From NCBI GenBank assembly GCA_965224245.1, contig OZ245046.1, positions 1,504,001-1,568,000 on the forward strand: a stretch of 64,000 nucleotides of DNA. Reading direction: 5' to 3'. This DNA is from Candidatus Eiseniibacteriota bacterium (GTDB lineage: Bacteria > Eisenbacteria > RBG-16-71-46 > CAZAMP01). The stretch's first letter is position 1; each line of letters opens with the position of its first letter. Shown here piece by piece: positions 37,737-46,026 of this stretch. The notes under the pieces were generated by a model. That model saw only the letters and a program-made list of their open reading frames with translations. It did not search any database and had not been told where the DNA came from. The translations under genes were made by a program, and so were the position numbers.

Positions 37737-39911
37737 ATGGACGAGCTGCCTCGCTACATCCGTCACGTCGGTGAGGTGCTGGCGTCCGCGCTCGCCGACA
37801 CGCACGAGAACGTGACGTATCTCGATCGCGGCGGCATGAGCGTGTTGTTCACCGCCGACCACAAGAAGCTCCGGCAGCGTCACGCGATCAAGGTGTTCAC
37901 CCACGACAGCACGGACGTCGACGACGCGTTCCGGCGCTTCGAGCGTGAAGCGGTCCAGATCGCCAAGCTGAATCACCCGCACATCCGGCGCATCCACGAC
38001 GCCCGCGATCTGCCGGATGCCCGGCTCTCGTTCATGGTCATGGATTTCGTCGACGGCGACAGCCTGTCGGTGCGGCTGAAGCGCGAGTCGATCTCGGTGG
38101 CCGACGGCATCGCGATCGCGTCCCAGGTCACCGGCGCGCTCGGGGCCGCGCACGACCAGGGCATCATCCACCGTGACATCAAGCCCGGGAACGTGCTCCT
38201 GGATCGGGACGGGAAGGCGTATCTGGCCGACTTCGGGATTGCCCGGGATTCGGCCGATCCGGCGCTCACCCAGGCCAACGCGGTTCCGGGAACCGAGCGC
38301 TTCATGGCGCCCGAGCTGTTCGACGGGGTGCCGGCCACCGCCCGCAGCGACCTGTACGCGCTGGGCTGCCTCCTGTACCGGATGTGGCTCGGCGAGGACC
38401 CCTACGCCCGGATCGGGCTGCGGCTGAAGGCCGAGATCGACGCCGGCGTCGTGCACGAGCCCGTGGCTCCCCGGTCGCGGCGGTCCGACCTGCCGCCTCG
38501 CGTGGCGGAGCTGATGGTCGGTCTGGTCGCGATCGACCCGAACCGGCGTCCCGGCGGCTGCCGGGAAGTGCTCCGCGTGCTCGAGGGGGCGCGCGAGTCC
38601 GAGCTGTCCGATCCGACGCTGATGGATGCCACCGAGCGGACCCTGTGGCGCGCGTCCTCCGGGGGCGACGTTCCGACCGGCGGCGCCAGCGGTGGGCCCG
38701 CCGTCGGCGACCGCACCGACCCGCGGACGACCGACACCCCGGCGCCTGCCGGATCGCACGAGGCGCCGGTCGACACGCGCACGGAACGGGCGCCGGCGGA
38801 TCGGACCCGGGCGAGGCCGCGCTGGATCGCGTGGACGGCGGCCGCCGCCGGCGTCCTCGCGTGCGTGATCGCGTTCTGGGTCTGGCGCACATCGACCGGC
38901 GAGACGCCACGGGGCCCCGGCCCGGGCAGCGCGGTGTCGCTGCAGGTCGTCTCCGAGCTGGAGCTGCCGCCGGAGGGTCCCGCGTCCCTTCGCGTGCGGG
39001 TCTCCGGAGGGGAGGGCCGGGAGCTCGCGCTCACGGCGTTCCCGGAGGGGGGCGTCGCGTGCGGGACACCCGCGGACGGGTCCGGGGTTCAGAACTCGGA
39101 CGGATCGATCGTACAGGTGATCGACGCGGGTGCGCCGCGTCCGGCCACCGTGGAGGTCGCCGTGTCGGCCGCCGACGGCGCGGCCGGTCCGAACGTCGGA
39201 TCGGTTCTCGTCGAGCTGCGCGACGACGGCCGGCTGGTCGGCAGCGAGCGCGTCTCGGTTCGAGCCGTGGCGCCGGCCGGCCCGGCGGTGGTCGGCGTCA
39301 CGATCGCCCGCGAGGGGGGGCGGGGCGGCGAGCGGGTCGGGGAGCCGGCGCGCGTCCGGGTGTCGGTCACGAACGACGGTGCGGCGCGCACCGGGGAGGT
39401 CGACGTTCATCTCTTCGTCGAGTCGGTTCGAGCCGACGTCGACGACGCCGCGCACACGCTGGATCCGATCGAGCCCGGTGACACGGCCGAGGTGGTCGCG
39501 ACGGTGACGCCGCGCGACGGCGGGCGGCTCAGCATCGGGGCGCGAGTCGGGGACGGCACCGAGGTGGCCGAGGTGATCCGCACGACGTCCTGGCAGGTGG
39601 CGGCGAGACCGACTCCGCCGGCGGGGCCGCGTACGGTCCGTGTCCGGTGCCGGGTCGAGGGGCTGGCGACCACCGACGACGGACGGCAGCCGGTGGTGTT
39701 CGCGAACGGGCGTGAGGTCGGCCGGGCGCCGCTCGTCTTCGAGTTCGAGGCCCGGGACGGCGACACGATCGAGGTCACGGCCACGAGGGCCGGGTACACG
39801 TACGAGAGGCAAGGAGATCTCATCACCGTTCGTCCGGAAACCGATGAGTATCGGGTGGTCTTCACGGCCAAGCCGGCGTGGAATCTGTCCGGGGGACGCG
39901 ACGGAGGCTAG
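37737..39911 (+). CDS. membrane Hanks-type Ser/Thr kinase (PpkA-like position) with extracytoplasmic Ig/CARDB-like and PEGA-like domains
   Basis: AIKVF, HRDIKPGN, DFG, MAPE, SDLYALG; TM WIAWTAAAAGVLACVIAFWVW; VSVTNDG...IEPGDT; VFANGREVGRAPL. Confidence 0.88.
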   Translation: MDELPRYIRHVGEVLASALADTHENVTYLDRGGMSVLFTADHKKLRQRHAIKVFTHDSTDVDDAFRRFEREAVQIAKLNHPHIRRIHDARDLPDARLSFMVMDFVDGDSLSVRLKRESISVADGIAIASQVTGALGAAHDQGIIHRDIKPGNVLLDRDGKAYLADFGIARDSADPALTQANAVPGTERFMAPELFDGVPATARSDLYALGCLLYRMWLGEDPYARIGLRLKAEIDAGVVHEPVAPRSRRSDLPPRVAELMVGLVAIDPNRRPGGCREVLRVLEGARESELSDPTLMDATERTLWRASSGGDVPTGGASGGPAVGDRTDPRTTDTPAPAGSHEAPVDTRTERAPADRTRARPRWIAWTAAAAGVLACVIAFWVWRTSTGETPRGPGPGSAVSLQVVSELELPPEGPASLRVRVSGGEGRELALTAFPEGGVACGTPADGSGVQNSDGSIVQVIDAGAPRPATVEVAVSAADGAAGPNVGSVLVELRDDGRLVGSERVSVRAVAPAGPAVVGVTIAREGGRGGERVGEPARVRVSVTNDGAARTGEVDVHLFVESVRADVDDAAHTLDPIEPGDTAEVVATVTPRDGGRLSIGARVGDGTEVAEVIRTTSWQVAARPTPPAGPRTVRVRCRVEGLATTDDGRQPVVFANGREVGRAPLVFEFEARDGDTIEVTATRAGYTYERQGDLITVRPETDEYRVVFTAKPAWNLSGGRDGG

Positions 39912-39913
39912 AC

Positions 39914-40921
39914 ATGAAACGCAGGATCGCAATGTTGACGATGGGCCTCGGGGTCGCGCTGGTCGTGACCTCGGGTACCTGGGCCGCGGAGTCGGTCGCG
40001 ACGCTCGATGATGCCCTGGCCGCCTACTACGACGCGGAGTTCGAGACGGCGACCGACGTGCTCGGGCGCTACCTCGACCGGGCCGACCTGGACTCAGAGT
40101 CGCGGGCCGAGGGGCTTCTGTATCTGGCGAAGGTTCAGTGGGCGCGCTCCTCGGAGTCGGGCGCGCGGGCCGCGCTGGAGGAGATTCGCGCGTTCATGCC
40201 CGACTATCGGCCCGAGATGCGCAAGGTGCTCGACATCAAGAACCTCTACTTCGACGTGTTCGGGGCCGCGCTGTCGCGTGAGCCCGGCATCCACACGATC
40301 GCGATCGTGGACTTCACGAACGACTCGTTCGGGAAGGACAAGGAAGAGCTCGAGGGCATGGGCCGCGGCATCGCGCACCTCCTGATCGCCGAGCTCGGAC
40401 ACGCGTTGAACGTGCGCGTCGTGGAGCGCGAACGGCTCGACTACCTGCTGAAGGAGCATGAGCTCAGCAAGTCCGATCTCGTGGACCCCGAGACGGCCGT
40501 CCAGGCCGGCAAGCTCCTCGGCGCGCAGTCGTTCCTGATGGGTGGCTACATGAAGATCGGCGATCGGATGCAGATGTATCCGCGACTCGTCGTGACCGAG
40601 ACCGGCGAGATCAAGCCGCTGAGCCGCGGTCGGATCGAGGGCGACTTCGACGACCTGGCCGAGCTGATCGACGACCTGGCCAGGGCGCTCGTGGAGGACG
40701 TCGGCGGCGTTCTGGAAGGGGAGACCGATCGTTCCGGCGCGCCGGGCATCGACGCGCTGAAGCGCTACGTCGACGGCCTGGAGCGGCTGGACCGCGGAGA
40801 CCTGGACGGAGCCGCGATGGCCTTCCAGGCGGCGCTCGACGCGCATCCGCAGTACGAGGAGGCGGAGGCCTACCTGATCGAGATCCAGCCCCTGGTCGCG
40901 ATGGCCGACACCGATCAGTAG
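39914..40921 (+). CDS. secreted TPR + CsgG/HfaB-fold protein
   Basis: Signal peptide; TIAIVDFTN, VVERERLDYLLKEHEL...VDPETAVQAGKLLGAQ; C-terminal TPR. Confidence 0.8.
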   Translation: MKRRIAMLTMGLGVALVVTSGTWAAESVATLDDALAAYYDAEFETATDVLGRYLDRADLDSESRAEGLLYLAKVQWARSSESGARAALEEIRAFMPDYRPEMRKVLDIKNLYFDVFGAALSREPGIHTIAIVDFTNDSFGKDKEELEGMGRGIAHLLIAELGHALNVRVVERERLDYLLKEHELSKSDLVDPETAVQAGKLLGAQSFLMGGYMKIGDRMQMYPRLVVTETGEIKPLSRGRIEGDFDDLAELIDDLARALVEDVGGVLEGETDRSGAPGIDALKRYVDGLERLDRGDLDGAAMAFQAALDAHPQYEEAEAYLIEIQPLVAMADTDQ

Positions 40922-40954
40922 GGACCTCGACCGGATCGGCCGCGGTGCGCCGCG

Positions 40955-41482
40955 TCAGGCGCCGGTGCGCCGCGGCTCGGGCGGGGGCGCGAACAACGCC
41001 ACGCCGAGCGTGGTCTCGCCGACCACGAAACGCTGTCGCTGGACGAGCGGCTCGTACGTCATCGGAGCCGGATCGGACGGCTTGCGGCGAACGCAGAGCG
41101 TGAGCCCCCGCGGTCGCACGGCCAGCTTGGCCAGGCAGTCGGTCAGGTCCTCGCGAACGGCCCGGATGCCACCGCGCGCATCGTCCACGAAGCTGAGCGG
41201 CGTGTCGCCGTCGCGGAGCTCGAGAATCTCGACCGGCTCCTGCGCATGGGGGTCGATGCCGTAGAGTCGACCCTTCACCGGCCACGCGACCCCGCGCAGA
41301 CACGCCGGTCCGTCGTAGGGGTCGAGCTCGGGCCAGATCACGGGGCACTGCGGACACTCGGTGGCCCCGATGGGCAGGACGTGTCCCTTGGCACAGACGC
41401 GGACGGGATCGATCGACTTGCCGCACACGGCGCACACCGTCGCCCGGAGATCGTTCTCGGCGTAGCACTGCCCGCACTTCAT
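40955..41482 (-). CDS. multi zinc-ribbon protein
   Basis: MKCGQC...CAVCG...CAKGH...CPQCP; ATGA-coupled to the upstream FHA gene. Confidence 0.7.
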   Translation of the reverse strand: MKCGQCYAENDLRATVCAVCGKSIDPVRVCAKGHVLPIGATECPQCPVIWPELDPYDGPACLRGVAWPVKGRLYGIDPHAQEPVEILELRDGDTPLSFVDDARGGIRAVREDLTDCLAKLAVRPRGLTLCVRRKPSDPAPMTYEPLVQRQRFVVGETTLGVALFAPPPEPRRTGA

Positions 41483-42138
41483 CGAGCGCTCCCCACCAGC
41501 TCGAGGGGCACGATCTGAATCGTCAGATGCGAGTGCGCGGCGAGATAGGCCGCGTCGTCGCCGGGGAACTCCGCGCGAAGGACGTCCCAGGACAGGTGCA
41601 CGCGCTCGTCCCCGTCGATCACGAGCTCTTCGACGCCCCCATGGGCCGGGCAGACCGACCGCTTCATGCTCTCCACGTAGAAGCCGTTCGCCGAGAAGCA
41701 GATCAGCTTCGCGCGCCCGGGCTCGACCATCTCGACCACGAGATGCGTACGTGAGACGGTCCCGAAGAGATCGGTTCGCTTTGGAAACACGTGCTGGTGC
41801 GTGATCGGGATGCTGCGCCCGTGGGCCTCGATGGACGCGCCCTGGGCGTGCCGGCCGAAGAACACGGCCTCGTGCCGGCGGAGCGGGTAGGCGCATCCCA
41901 GCATCGGGTCGACGACGCCCGGATCGGCGCGCTCGGAGTAGATGGCGACGACGCCGAGAACGGGGTCGTGCCAGGACGGGGCCTCCTCGTCGGCGCCGGG
42001 GCGCGGGACCAGCGTGATGGACGTCGTCTCGTCCACGTCGGCGTGTCGCGGCGGGACGTACTCCGCGTTGACCGCCCCGCACTCGGGGCAGTGATGGATG
42101 AGGGGCCCCAGCCCGCTCTTGCATGCCGAGCAGCTCAG
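41479..42138 (-). CDS. zinc-ribbon + FHA domain protein (start uncertain, CTG proposed)
   Basis: CSAC...CPECG; FHA motifs FFGR, VSRTH, SANG; GGAGG 7 nt upstream of CTG at 42138. Confidence 0.7.
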   Translation of the reverse strand: MSCSACKSGLGPLIHHCPECGAVNAEYVPPRHADVDETTSITLVPRPGADEEAPSWHDPVLGVVAIYSERADPGVVDPMLGCAYPLRRHEAVFFGRHAQGASIEAHGRSIPITHQHVFPKRTDLFGTVSRTHLVVEMVEPGRAKLICFSANGFYVESMKRSVCPAHGGVEELVIDGDERVHLSWDVLRAEFPGDDAAYLAAHSHLTIQIVPLELVGSAR

Positions 42139-42362
42139 CGTCCGACCTCCGGTTGTGGGATCCGGCTGACGAGTGTAGACCGCCGTTTCGGACGCACGCA
42201 ACGTCCGCGACGACCGCCCTCGGTCGCCTTGACGCGTTGGGGGAAACGTGATGCAATCGGTCGACCGGAATCCGCTCGTCTTGCTTCGTGCTACCTCCAG
42301 CGCGGCGAACGGGGTCGTCGGCGAACGACTCGGCGCCGACGTACGAGCCGTCAGGGGTGCCC

Positions 42363-44639
42363 ATGGCGTCGGAAGATGCCGATCGTGATCGCCCGTCGTC
42401 GCGACGGTTCGTGATCGGCGACAGTCGACATCACCCGTGCTTTCGACTCGTGGTCGGGCGGACGTCCGCCGACGATCTGACCGCGCCCTTCGTTCGCTAC
42501 GACGCCGGCAACCTGCCGTACGTGGCCTACCTCGCGACGCTGGAGCAGGACGGCGTGGCCATTGCCGATCCGGTGACGGTGCTGATCGAGACCAGCGAGT
42601 ACCCTCCCGCGGCGTCCGGTACGGCGGCCGGCAGCGCGACGAACGCCCACGCCGATCGCGTCTGGGAAGAGGCCGCCGCCCGATGGCGGAGCGATGCCGC
42701 CCAGGGGGTAGCGCGCCTGGTGCCTCAGTATCGCGAGCACGTGCCGCCCGAGGGTGATCTCGTGCGGCATCCGCCACTGGCGTACTGCCGGCGCACCGGC
42801 GAGTACGTCGAGCCCGTCTGTCCCACCTGCCTCGGGCCGCTGGCGACCTGTCGCGACGAGGGCCTCCTTAGGCGCTCGGGCCTGCCGTCCTACGCGGGAA
42901 CACTGTCCCGGTTCCTGACCTGCGCGACCTGCGCCGGGCGAGATCAGACCGTCTTCTACACGTTCGAGCTGCGCGGACCGGACGCTCAGGCGGCCTCGGC
43001 GACCGTGCGCCGTCGCTCGCAGCTCTATCGGGATCTGGGGCCTCAGATCAAGGGGGGCGCCGCCGCGGTTCCCGAGACGCATGCGTGCTTCCGGTGCGCC
43101 CATCGCCACGACTGCTATCCGTCCACCGAGACGACGCAGCCGTGTCCGGCCGAGCGCTACCTCGTACCGGTCTCCTACTACGACTTCCGTTTCCTGCCCG
43201 TCGAGACGCTCCCGCTGCATGCCGACGAGGTCTGTGCGCTCCTCGGCGGCGCCGCGGTCGCCGACGGTACCGAGACGGTCACGTCGCGCAGCCTCGGAGC
43301 CGGGGCCGCCGAGGCCGAGCGGGACGATCCGGCCCGGGCGGCCACCTTCGAGGGGCTCGAGGACGCCCGCAACGCCTTCTTCTTCGCCGGCGACGGCGGC
43401 ATGCTCTACGTGGGCGAGGTCCTGTACCTGAAGCTCCGCGCATTCCGCGACGTGGTGGACGGGGTGGCGGCGCTTCATCGTGCCGGGCAGCGCCCGCATC
43501 TGGCGCTGTCGATCGACCGGGTACGCGGCCTCCGGAAGGCCGCCGGCTCGCGTGTGCCGAGTCGATGGACGCTGGGGCTCCGGATCACCGACCTCCTGAC
43601 CACGGCCCCGTTGCCCGGTCGCGCCCCGGACGACCCGATCTGGGCCACGCCGCACCCAGCCCCGTACGCGGTGCTGCCCCGGGTGATGGCCGTGCCGCAG
43701 ACCCAGATCGTCCGCATGCGCCTGCGCGTCCGGTCGCTCGAGGTCGACGGTGGCACCCAGACGAACGTCCGTGCGCCGAGACGCGTGACCCTCGTCGGCG
43801 AGCTGACCTCCGAGGACTACCGCGACGGCGGACACGGGCGCCTCGACGCGGTGGATCTCGTGGTCCACGTGCCCGGAGGGCCGGACGCCGGGGCGGCGAT
43901 CTCCGGTCGCAAGATCGACGACGCGGCCGGTGGCTTCGTCTTCCGCGGGCGCTCCGGCGAGCTGGACGCGGAGACGGCCGAACGGGTCCGTCAGGCCATC
44001 CCGTCGTCGGCCTCGGTCGAGGTCACGATCCGGCACGCACATCAGGTGACGGCCGACGTCTTCAGCCTGGGATTCATGCTGCTCCGGTTCCTGTTCAACA
44101 ACGACGACGGCCCCGATCCGAGCTGGCTCGACCGTGCGACGCTGACCCGCGTGGCCGCCCAGCTGACGCGGCGTGCCGAGCAGGCCCGCGTGTCGCAGGC
44201 GCTCTCCAACGCCGAGCAGCTGGCCGCGGTGCTCGAGGAGGAGGGGATCGACGCCGACCCCCGCGTGCTCCTCTACCGGGCCGTGGATCGCGAACGGACC
44301 GATCGGGTGACCCTGCCGAAGGGGCTCTGGGAGGACGTCCTGATCCTGGCCATCCGGATGGCCACGCACGTTCCGGGCTGGAGCATCGTGGGGCATGCCG
44401 ACGACGTCGATCCGGACGATCTGGCCGCGCCGATCCAGCTGGTGAGCGATCACCTGGAGCGGCTGATCGATCGCGTGCGGAGCGCGATCCTGGGCTCGGG
44501 CGGACGCAACGGCATCGTGCTCGAGGTGCTCGAGGACTTCTACGCCGACTACGTCGACGCCGCGCAGTCCGGCACGCTGGGGGGATCGTTCGATTCCGAC
44601 GACCCCGAGGTGACAAAGGTGGGATGGAAGCGACAATGA
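42363..44639 (+). CDS. large Cys-rich hypothetical protein with degenerate kinase-like motifs
   Basis: C...CPTC...C...CATC and CFRC...C clusters; LHRAGQRPHLAL; ADVFSLGFMLLRFL; ATGA-coupled to the next gene. Confidence 0.7.
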   Translation: MASEDADRDRPSSRRFVIGDSRHHPCFRLVVGRTSADDLTAPFVRYDAGNLPYVAYLATLEQDGVAIADPVTVLIETSEYPPAASGTAAGSATNAHADRVWEEAAARWRSDAAQGVARLVPQYREHVPPEGDLVRHPPLAYCRRTGEYVEPVCPTCLGPLATCRDEGLLRRSGLPSYAGTLSRFLTCATCAGRDQTVFYTFELRGPDAQAASATVRRRSQLYRDLGPQIKGGAAAVPETHACFRCAHRHDCYPSTETTQPCPAERYLVPVSYYDFRFLPVETLPLHADEVCALLGGAAVADGTETVTSRSLGAGAAEAERDDPARAATFEGLEDARNAFFFAGDGGMLYVGEVLYLKLRAFRDVVDGVAALHRAGQRPHLALSIDRVRGLRKAAGSRVPSRWTLGLRITDLLTTAPLPGRAPDDPIWATPHPAPYAVLPRVMAVPQTQIVRMRLRVRSLEVDGGTQTNVRAPRRVTLVGELTSEDYRDGGHGRLDAVDLVVHVPGGPDAGAAISGRKIDDAAGGFVFRGRSGELDAETAERVRQAIPSSASVEVTIRHAHQVTADVFSLGFMLLRFLFNNDDGPDPSWLDRATLTRVAAQLTRRAEQARVSQALSNAEQLAAVLEEEGIDADPRVLLYRAVDRERTDRVTLPKGLWEDVLILAIRMATHVPGWSIVGHADDVDPDDLAAPIQLVSDHLERLIDRVRSAILGSGGRNGIVLEVLEDFYADYVDAAQSGTLGGSFDSDDPEVTKVGWKRQ

Positions 44640-45496
44640 CCGACCGTCCGGCAAACCCGTTCGCGGTCTCGCCCGACGGCGTGGCCACCGAGATCCGGGA
44701 GATTCTCTCTCGCGAGGACTTTCCGAGTGACGACGCACTTCGCGCGGCGGTGCGGCGGGCCGTGCACCGCGCGGCGGTCGGACTGGACGAGGCGGCGCTG
44801 TCGAAGCTCCTGGACTCGCTACGCTCGCGCTTCCCCGACCGTAACTTCGAGACCCGCACGCGCGTCGCGCAGCTCGAGCAGAGCGAGCGCACGCTCCAGC
44901 GAGAGGTGGCGGAGCTGCGCGAAGGCCGCAACCGGCTGGCCGGTCGGCAGCAGGCGCAGGCCGCGGTGCTGCACGACCTCGTCCGCACCGCGGTCGCCGA
45001 CGGCCGCGGCGTGGCCGACATCGCCGGGCAGCCCGAGCGTCTCGGGCCGCTGGTCGGCGTGTTCGCGCGCCTCCTGGCGTTCGCCGCCGAGCAGGAGGTC
45101 GTCCTCTCCCAGATCGAGGCCTCGTTCGCCGGGGCCAAGGGCGGCGAGGGCGAGCACGAGCTGGCCGAGCTGGTCGACCGGGTGGCCCGCGGCGACGACG
45201 ACGGAACTGCGAGCGCCGAGCTCGAACGGCGCCTCGGGCGGCTGGGACGCCTGCCCAAGGCGCTTCTCGTGGGAATGCAGCAGTCGTGGACCAGCGGCAC
45301 GCTCGCGCTCCTGCGACAGCTCAGCCCCGACGACATCGACGTGGGCGGGGTCGGGCCGCTGAAGGCCAGCAAGACGCTGGCCGAGGTGGAGCGCCGATTC
45401 TCCGCCGTTCGGCGTGACATCGAGAAGAATGTGTCGCATTACTACCGCGGCAGCTTCGAGCAGATCTACACGAAGAAGATGGAGGAGGCACCCTGA
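44636..45496 (+). CDS. coiled-coil protein resembling the TagH/Fha C-terminal domain, without an FHA domain
   Basis: ALLVGMQ...ALLRQLSPDDI...YYRGSFEQIY resembles the Fha/TagH C-terminal pattern; lies just upstream of tssJKLM. Confidence 0.5.
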   Translation: MTDRPANPFAVSPDGVATEIREILSREDFPSDDALRAAVRRAVHRAAVGLDEAALSKLLDSLRSRFPDRNFETRTRVAQLEQSERTLQREVAELREGRNRLAGRQQAQAAVLHDLVRTAVADGRGVADIAGQPERLGPLVGVFARLLAFAAEQEVVLSQIEASFAGAKGGEGEHELAELVDRVARGDDDGTASAELERRLGRLGRLPKALLVGMQQSWTSGTLALLRQLSPDDIDVGGVGPLKASKTLAEVERRFSAVRRDIEKNVSHYYRGSFEQIYTKKMEEAP

Positions 45497-45498
45497 TC

Positions 45499-45960
45499 AT
45501 GCTCCGGGACGACCGCGTACGCGCGCACCGCCGGCTTCGCACGGCGGCGCTCACGTTCCTCTTGGCGTCGGCCGCCATCGGCTGCGCCGGGCCGCACTAC
45601 GTGAGCCTGACGATGGAGCCGCCGGCCTCGTCACCGGTCTGGGTGGGTGCGTTCCTGATCGAGGACAAGGCACTCCTGGACGACTACGAGACGTCGGATC
45701 TCATCGACCAGAAGGACGAGATCGCCATCAAGAAGGGCGTCCTCAATCACTCGGTGTTTCCGATCTACCCCGATCGGCCCGCGGAGGAACGCCGGTTCGC
45801 CCTGGACGACGTCGTGACCGAGACGGCGTGGCTGCTCGTCTTCGCGAGCGGGCCCGGCGGATCCTGCGCGCGCGAGAAGCGTCAGATCCACGAGTCGGAC
45901 CGGCTGGACCTCCGGGTGTCCATCGTCGACGACTGCCTCAGTGTCGTGATCGTCCAGTGA
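45499..45960 (+). CDS. lipoprotein, probable divergent TssJ
   Basis: Lipobox AAIGC, 153 aa, beta-rich (WLLVFA), immediately upstream of tssK. Confidence 0.55.
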   Translation: MLRDDRVRAHRRLRTAALTFLLASAAIGCAGPHYVSLTMEPPASSPVWVGAFLIEDKALLDDYETSDLIDQKDEIAIKKGVLNHSVFPIYPDRPAEERRFALDDVVTETAWLLVFASGPGGSCAREKRQIHESDRLDLRVSIVDDCLSVVIVQ

Positions 45961-46026
45961 GCGGTGCGGGGGGCGCGGGTTCTCTCGCCGTACCGGCGGA
46001 GTCCCGGCAAACGGAAGTGAACGAGC

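Noticed and set aside
35199-40921. Curli secretion system
   Set aside because: Only CsgG/HfaB-fold domains fused to TPRs; no csgA/B curlin repeats or csgE/F seen.
42229-42257. Possible sigma54 site (GG-N10-GC at 42241-42254) or TTGACG promoter upstream of the T6SS operon
   Set aside because: Lacks the TGGCAC context and the -10 is poor; too weak to call.
40955-42777. 469-aa and 432-aa minus-strand ORFs at full length
   Set aside because: Their N-terminal extensions are shadow sequence overlapping neighbours; trimmed to 41482 and about 42138.
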